This document shows, in pieces, positions 59,375 through 64,000 of a stretch of DNA of 64,000 bases. The position numbers were made by a program, and so were the translations under genes. Each line of letters starts with the position of its first letter. Within the stretch, counting starts at the first letter, position 1. The notes beneath the pieces were generated by a model, which was given only the letters and a program-made list of their open reading frames with translations, searched no databases and was not told the DNA's origin. Origin of the DNA: an uncultured Gammaproteobacteria bacterium (GTDB lineage: Bacteria > Patescibacteriota > Patescibacteriia > 2-01-FULL-39-33); NCBI GenBank assembly GCA_964558935.1, contig CAZLFP010000005.1, positions 20,667 through 84,666 on the forward strand, in the 5' to 3' direction.

Positions 59375-60128
59375 AACCAATACAGAAATCGAAATCATGG
59401 CTCAAGGCGGACATATCCTGTCTTGGGTGGTTGACCAGGTAGTCAGCCGGGTCAAGCCGGGTGTCAGTACTCAGGAATTAACAGAACTGGCAGAAAAGTT
59501 AATTCAAGAAAAAAAAGCCGAATCTAGTTTTAAAGGTTACAAAGCAGCTTGGTCTGAAACCGCCTTCCCCTCAGCCTTATGTTTATCCATCAATAATGAG
59601 GTGGTGCATGGCTTGCCCATACCCAGCCGGCAATTGAAAACCGGAGATATTGTTGGTATTGACTGTGGTTTAAAATACCAAGGCCTGTATACGGATATGG
59701 CGGTTACAGTCGGTGTGGGCAGAATATCTAATCAAGCTAAAGAACTGATCGCCATCACTCGGACCGCTTTAAAAGAAGGCATTGAACAGGTTAAGCCCGG
59801 TCATCATCTGTCTGACATTGCCCGTGCCATTGAACAGACGGTAACTCAAGCTGGTTATGCGGTGGTAACTCAATTGGTTGGACATGGAGTTGGATACGCT
59901 GCCCATGAAGAACCTCAGATTCCCAATTATTTAGGTTCCAATCTGCCGGACGTTGAATTAAAACCGGGCATGTGTTTGGCTTTGGAACCCATGGTTAATT
60001 TGGGTAAAGGCGGAGTGTCTTTTTCTGAAGACGGCTGGACCGTTTTAACGGCTGATAACTCTTTAAGCGCCCATTTTGAACACACAGTGGTTGTAACTAC
60101 AACCGGGTATCGAATTTTAACTCAATAG
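59361..60128 (+). CDS. map: methionine aminopeptidase type I
   Basis: Pita-bread fold motifs (VVHG, GIDCG, HGVGY, EPM). Confidence 0.9.
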   Translation: MVRIKTNTEIEIMAQGGHILSWVVDQVVSRVKPGVSTQELTELAEKLIQEKKAESSFKGYKAAWSETAFPSALCLSINNEVVHGLPIPSRQLKTGDIVGIDCGLKYQGLYTDMAVTVGVGRISNQAKELIAITRTALKEGIEQVKPGHHLSDIARAIEQTVTQAGYAVVTQLVGHGVGYAAHEEPQIPNYLGSNLPDVELKPGMCLALEPMVNLGKGGVSFSEDGWTVLTADNSLSAHFEHTVVVTTTGYRILTQ

Positions 60129-60129
60129 C

Positions 60130-60531
60130 ATGAAATTACTTGGCATAGATTACGGACAAAGTAAGATTGGCTTGGCCTTGGCAGATACGGACAGTCGTAC
60201 TGCCACTCCTTTACTGATAATGAAAAATCGTCGCCATGATTCAATCCAACAAGCAATCAAAGATCTCTGCATTAAAGAAAAAATAGATAAGTTGGTGATT
60301 GGACTACCTGTCAATCCGCAAGCCAAATCCAATCAGGCCATTGACCAGATAAGACAATGGGGGACAGAGCTATCTGCAATCTTAAAATTGCCCGTGGATT
60401 ACCAGGATGAAAGGTTTTCCACCCTGCAAGCTCAGAGAATCAGCCACAATCATTACAAGCATATTTCATCTCAGGATGACGATATTGCTGCCATGTTAAT
60501 TCTGCAAAATTATCTAGATAAGACTGTTTAA
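60130..60531 (+). CDS. ruvX: YqgF/RuvX putative pre-16S rRNA nuclease / Holliday junction resolvase-like
   Basis: LLGIDYGQSKIGLALAD; RNase H-like fold; 133 aa. Confidence 0.8.
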   Translation: MKLLGIDYGQSKIGLALADTDSRTATPLLIMKNRRHDSIQQAIKDLCIKEKIDKLVIGLPVNPQAKSNQAIDQIRQWGTELSAILKLPVDYQDERFSTLQAQRISHNHYKHISSQDDDIAAMLILQNYLDKTV

Positions 60532-60532
60532 T

Positions 60533-61096
60533 ATGGCTACTTTGTTAACTCAGGCAGTGGTTTTAAATAAGCAGCCTTACCAGGAAGCAGATAGCCAGCT
60601 TATTCTCTACACTTTAGATCAAGGCAAGATCGCTGTCGTGGCCAAGGGTGCTTTAAAAATCAAATCCAAATTAAATGCTCATTTGGAGTTTTTTTTAATC
60701 AGCCAAATTATGCTGGCGCCAGCTAAGTCCGGTTACCGGTTAGCTGGAGCTCAAATTCAAGAAAATTACTCTAAAATTAGCCAAAATATTACTAAAACGA
60801 TATTAGCCTGTTATTATCTGGAGTGTTTGCAGAAGCTGGTCAGATTTAACTTTCCAGATGCTCAGCTTCTGCTTTTAGTCCGTCTCTTTTTCAAAGAGTT
60901 GCAGGACAGTCCCAACAAGTCAGCCAGTTTAATTGTGCTAAATAAACATCTTTTTGACCTACTTAGTCATTTAGGCTATTGCCCCTTGTTAAAAGCTCAG
61001 ACTCAGCTTAAACTGGCTCAGGAACTGCACGCGGTCGTTTCAATGGTTGGTGAGCAAAAGATCAACAGCGCAAATTTATTATTTCAATTGTATTAA
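60533..61096 (+). CDS. recO: probable DNA repair protein RecO (short form)
   Basis: N-terminal OB-fold pattern (AVVLNKQPYQEADSQLILYTLDQGKIAVVAKGA) resembles RecO; shorter than canonical. Confidence 0.45.
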   Translation: MATLLTQAVVLNKQPYQEADSQLILYTLDQGKIAVVAKGALKIKSKLNAHLEFFLISQIMLAPAKSGYRLAGAQIQENYSKISQNITKTILACYYLECLQKLVRFNFPDAQLLLLVRLFFKELQDSPNKSASLIVLNKHLFDLLSHLGYCPLLKAQTQLKLAQELHAVVSMVGEQKINSANLLFQLY

Positions 61097-61183
61097 TTGA
61101 ACTAACTTAAATATTTAGGTATAATATGGATAAGAAACACGTTAAATATCAGACTATTCAATCTAAAAATAATTATTAGATCT

Positions 61184-61882
61184 ATGCTTGAAAAGCAGGA
61201 GGGTCAAACACCTCAAAAAAGTTCAAACTGCATTAACGTCGCCAACTTAATCATGATGATGGTGGGTGTTTTAGTCACCGGTTTATTGGTTGGTTATATT
61301 GTCTATTCGGTACAACAGCCGATCATTGATTCCTTGGATGAACAGGTCAATGATCTTAGGTATCAAATGAATGTCATCCAAGCTAAGATTAGCGGACGCC
61401 TAAATGAGACCATGTCAGCTGATGCGACCAATCACAAGACTAGTCACATTTTTGACTTGAATTCCATCCAAGTAGGTGACAAGTATGCAGACATGACGGT
61501 TGTAGCGATCGGTAAGTTTTCGGATAATCCCAACCTACCACCAGAACAACCAAATGTTAAAATTAATTTCTCCGGACCAACTCAATTAGACATGGTGTAT
61601 GATTATATCCAAACCAGCATGTTTAGCGGTAGTGATATGTTATGCTTTAAACCCATGGGACAAGAGTCCATAGAGAAATTACCCATCGCCAAGGAAGATC
61701 AGGTTAATGCTGGTTTTTGTCTGATTAGTGGTAGTGATGAGATGGCAGCTGCCAAAATTATGCTTGGCTTGGGAGATAAGGATGAGTCTGGTGCTGCGAC
61801 TCTGATTATCGATAACTATGAATATGTGAGCTTTCCAAGTGAAGTTTTCAATACTGCTAGAATCATTAGTTTAGTTGAATAA
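61184..61882 (+). CDS. hypothetical membrane-anchored protein
   Basis: N-terminal TM (LIMMMVGVLVTGLLVGYIVY); no family recognised. Confidence 0.4.
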   Translation: MLEKQEGQTPQKSSNCINVANLIMMMVGVLVTGLLVGYIVYSVQQPIIDSLDEQVNDLRYQMNVIQAKISGRLNETMSADATNHKTSHIFDLNSIQVGDKYADMTVVAIGKFSDNPNLPPEQPNVKINFSGPTQLDMVYDYIQTSMFSGSDMLCFKPMGQESIEKLPIAKEDQVNAGFCLISGSDEMAAAKIMLGLGDKDESGAATLIIDNYEYVSFPSEVFNTARIISLVE

Positions 61883-62555
61883 TATGCAATTAACTTTAGA
61901 ACGGGTTAAAAACAACTCCAAGATTCAAGGTTTTATTAAACAAACCGAGCATTATTTGGATGCTCTGGGCTTTACAGATCATGGTCCCAGGCATGTAGGT
62001 ATTGTATCTGATCGGGCCAAAGCTTTGGGAGAAGCGGTTGGTTTAAGTAAAAAAGAACAAGAATTGGCCGCTATAGCCGGTTATTGTCATGACATGGGTA
62101 ATTTTCTGGGCAGAACCAACCATCATTACTGGGCAGCCATGCTTTTTTCCCAGGTTTTTTTATGCGAAGCGGTTGACTCCAAAGATGTGTCGACAGTCAT
62201 GCAAGCTATTGTGACTCATGATAAGAACACTTTAAAGATCGTCAACAAGGTTTCGGCTGTCTTAATTTTGGCAGATAAGTCAGACGTGCATCGTGACCGG
62301 GTGAAAGATAAAACCAAGGCTAATTTAGAAACAGACATTCATGACCGAGTTAACTATTCAGTGGTTAATAATAAATTTACCGTTGATAAAAAGAATAAGA
62401 AGGTGGTTTTGAAATTAAAGATCGATCCCAAGGTGACTGATCCTCTGGAATATTTTGAAATTTTTATTGAACGTATGACTTTTTGTCGCCAAGCTGCCGA
62501 TTATCTGGGTTACAAGTTTGTTTTAATCGTCAATAATTTTAAATTATCCAGTTAA
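61875..62555 (+). CDS. HD-domain metal-dependent phosphohydrolase
   Basis: H...H (HGPRH) and HD (YCHDMGN) motifs. Confidence 0.6.
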   Translation: MNNMQLTLERVKNNSKIQGFIKQTEHYLDALGFTDHGPRHVGIVSDRAKALGEAVGLSKKEQELAAIAGYCHDMGNFLGRTNHHYWAAMLFSQVFLCEAVDSKDVSTVMQAIVTHDKNTLKIVNKVSAVLILADKSDVHRDRVKDKTKANLETDIHDRVNYSVVNNKFTVDKKNKKVVLKLKIDPKVTDPLEYFEIFIERMTFCRQAADYLGYKFVLIVNNFKLSS

Positions 62556-62570
62556 TCTGACAAGCAACTT

Positions 62571-62879
62571 ATGCGCCTGTCTCAACTGCAAAAATATATT
62601 TTGTTAAGAGGTTTGGAGCATCGTCAAGCCACTGTGGACAAGGAACAGTTGCTTAAGTATTATCTGCATCATCGACCTGAGCCCAAGCCGGCAGATCAAG
62701 TTAAGATCATTACCAAGAGTGTAGAACGCTTAATAGATAAAGGATTGGTTAAATCCACAGGCATTAAAACTAAAGACAAATGGTATATTAAACAGGTGAT
62801 TTTAACTCGACTCGGCAAACAGGAGGCTAAAAAGTTACTCGGACAACAAGCATTATTACCCTTTAAACATAAACTGTAA
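62571..62879 (+). CDS. hypothetical basic protein
   Basis: 102-aa ORF, Lys-rich; no family recognised. Confidence 0.35.
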   Translation: MRLSQLQKYILLRGLEHRQATVDKEQLLKYYLHHRPEPKPADQVKIITKSVERLIDKGLVKSTGIKTKDKWYIKQVILTRLGKQEAKKLLGQQALLPFKHKL

Positions 62880-62886
62880 GATTAAT

Positions 62887-63813
62887 ATGTCAGACAAACC
62901 TTATCAAGGCCAAGGGGCCTTAGACGCTTTCTTAAATATTCTAAAGTTGATTACTTTAATTTGGTTATGGTCCGCAGTTGGTAGTGTACTTTTTGCGATT
63001 ATCGACAAATACGTCGCCAGTGAAAAAATGTCTTCAGATATTGGTATGCAGCTGGCCATACCCGTAGCTTCAATTTTAATTGTCACCCCTGTTTTTTTAG
63101 GAGTGAGCTACGCTCTGCATCAGAATTATCGCAACAAAAAATTGAACACCGAAAGCGGTATTTACCGCTGGCTAACCTATTTATTGCTTTTGGTATCCGC
63201 CTTGTTCATTATTGGTTCTTTGATCGGTATCGTGAGTAATTATTTGACCGGTGCCTATACCTTGGCGTCATTTTTAAAGATCACCATCATGTTGTCAATT
63301 GCAGCCGGTATTTTTGCCTACTATTGGTATGATTTAAAAAGAACAGATTATAGCGATGGCAGTAAGGTTTCGGTGATGGCAGCCGGTATAGTGATTACCG
63401 TTTCGGTCCTAACTTTAATTGGTGGTTTGCTGGTTGTCGGCTCTCCCAAAAATGCCAAGCTGGAGAGATTGGATAATCAAAGAGTCTGGGATTTGCTTCA
63501 AATGCATGAGCATGTCATAAATTATTATGCAGACAATAATCGTTTGCCGGACAACGTAGAAGAACTGGCTGTACCCGATTTAGTTGACCCTACCACCAAG
63601 CAACCCTATGAGTATCATCGGTTGGGAGAGGATGATTTCCAACTCTGCGCCAATTTTGAAAGACCGGCACCTGAAAATATTCGTCATCAGTATGTGAATT
63701 TTCCGTATCCCTGGTTCAAACATGAAGCCGGCAGGCAATGTTATGATTTAAACAAGATTAAAAAAACGGAAAAAACCATGATACCTTTGGATTCAGACTA
63801 TATACGAGATTAA
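62887..63813 (+). CDS. hypothetical polytopic membrane protein
   Basis: At least 5 hydrophobic helices followed by a soluble C-terminal domain. Confidence 0.45.
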   Translation: MSDKPYQGQGALDAFLNILKLITLIWLWSAVGSVLFAIIDKYVASEKMSSDIGMQLAIPVASILIVTPVFLGVSYALHQNYRNKKLNTESGIYRWLTYLLLLVSALFIIGSLIGIVSNYLTGAYTLASFLKITIMLSIAAGIFAYYWYDLKRTDYSDGSKVSVMAAGIVITVSVLTLIGGLLVVGSPKNAKLERLDNQRVWDLLQMHEHVINYYADNNRLPDNVEELAVPDLVDPTTKQPYEYHRLGEDDFQLCANFERPAPENIRHQYVNFPYPWFKHEAGRQCYDLNKIKKTEKTMIPLDSDYIRD

Positions 63814-63827
63814 ACTAATCGAATAAT

Positions 63828-64000
63828 ATGTCCATACCTCAAAAAGTAAAAAAATACCTGGATAAACAGGAAGTAGATTACCAGGAATTGGCTCACAAGA
63901 CAGTCTATACTACCTTTGATGCCGCTCAGACTTTAAAAAAAGAACTCAAGCAAATTGCCAAGAATTTGTTGGTTCAAGCAGATAAAACCTTTGCTTTAGT
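63828..64000 (+). CDS. YbaK/ProX-like aminoacyl-tRNA deacylase, N-terminal part (3' end outside window)
   Basis: MSIPQKVKKYLDKQEVDYQELAHKT...IAKNLLVQADKTFAL aligns in pattern with the YbaK N terminus (V..L......Y..H......IFKTLLVKADG). Confidence 0.5.
   Translation, partial: MSIPQKVKKYLDKQEVDYQELAHKTVYTTFDAAQTLKKELKQIAKNLLVQADKTFAL

Noticed and set aside
1-64000. Possibility of an alternative genetic code (UGA as sense)
   Set aside because: All conserved genes give full-length products under code 11, and prfB carries the UGA-dependent autoregulatory frameshift site, so UGA functions as a stop.

Overview
The window is a densely coded, moderately AT-rich bacterial fragment. Gene content and organisation point to a small-genome Patescibacteria (Candidate Phyla Radiation)-type organism using the standard code 11. 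Most genes are on the + strand, often with ATGA/TAATG start-stop overlaps. Housekeeping content includes: H+-pyrophosphatase (5'-partial), trigger factor, galE, nfo, lepB, hisS, rpsU, ybeY, ftsA/ftsZ, nrdD/nrdG, prfB, comEC (split), ndk, rpmB, rpsL-rpsG-fusA-tuf, and an S10-spc-type ribosomal cluster (rpsJ to rplO, secY, adk, map) in which rpmD (L30) is absent. No CRISPR array, tRNA/rRNA gene, transposase or integrase was recognised. The most system-like novelty is a four-gene cell-surface module at 15244-28961, embedded between yqeY and ybeY. It has two paralogous giant Cys-rich secreted proteins (1036 and 2654 aa) that share a conserved VirB2/TrbC-pilin-like double-helix membrane hairpin at their N termini; the larger also carries Myxococcus-type cysteine-rich repeats and a LamG-like domain. 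These are followed by two paralogous single-pass membrane proteins with (Pro-Glu)n linkers and thrombospondin-type-3-like Asp-rich calcium-binding repeats. Other notable points: (1) a 590-nt non-coding island (6870-7461) with its own consensus sigma70 promoter, a 22-nt internal direct repeat and an intrinsic terminator, a candidate structured RNA; (2) an anaerobic RNR whose glycyl-radical (RVTGY) domain sits in a separate 51-codon in-frame ORF just after a TAA stop; (3) the canonical prfB +1 frameshift site (CTT TGA C), which shows UGA is a stop here; (4) a terminator-like hairpin between rpsJ and rplC.
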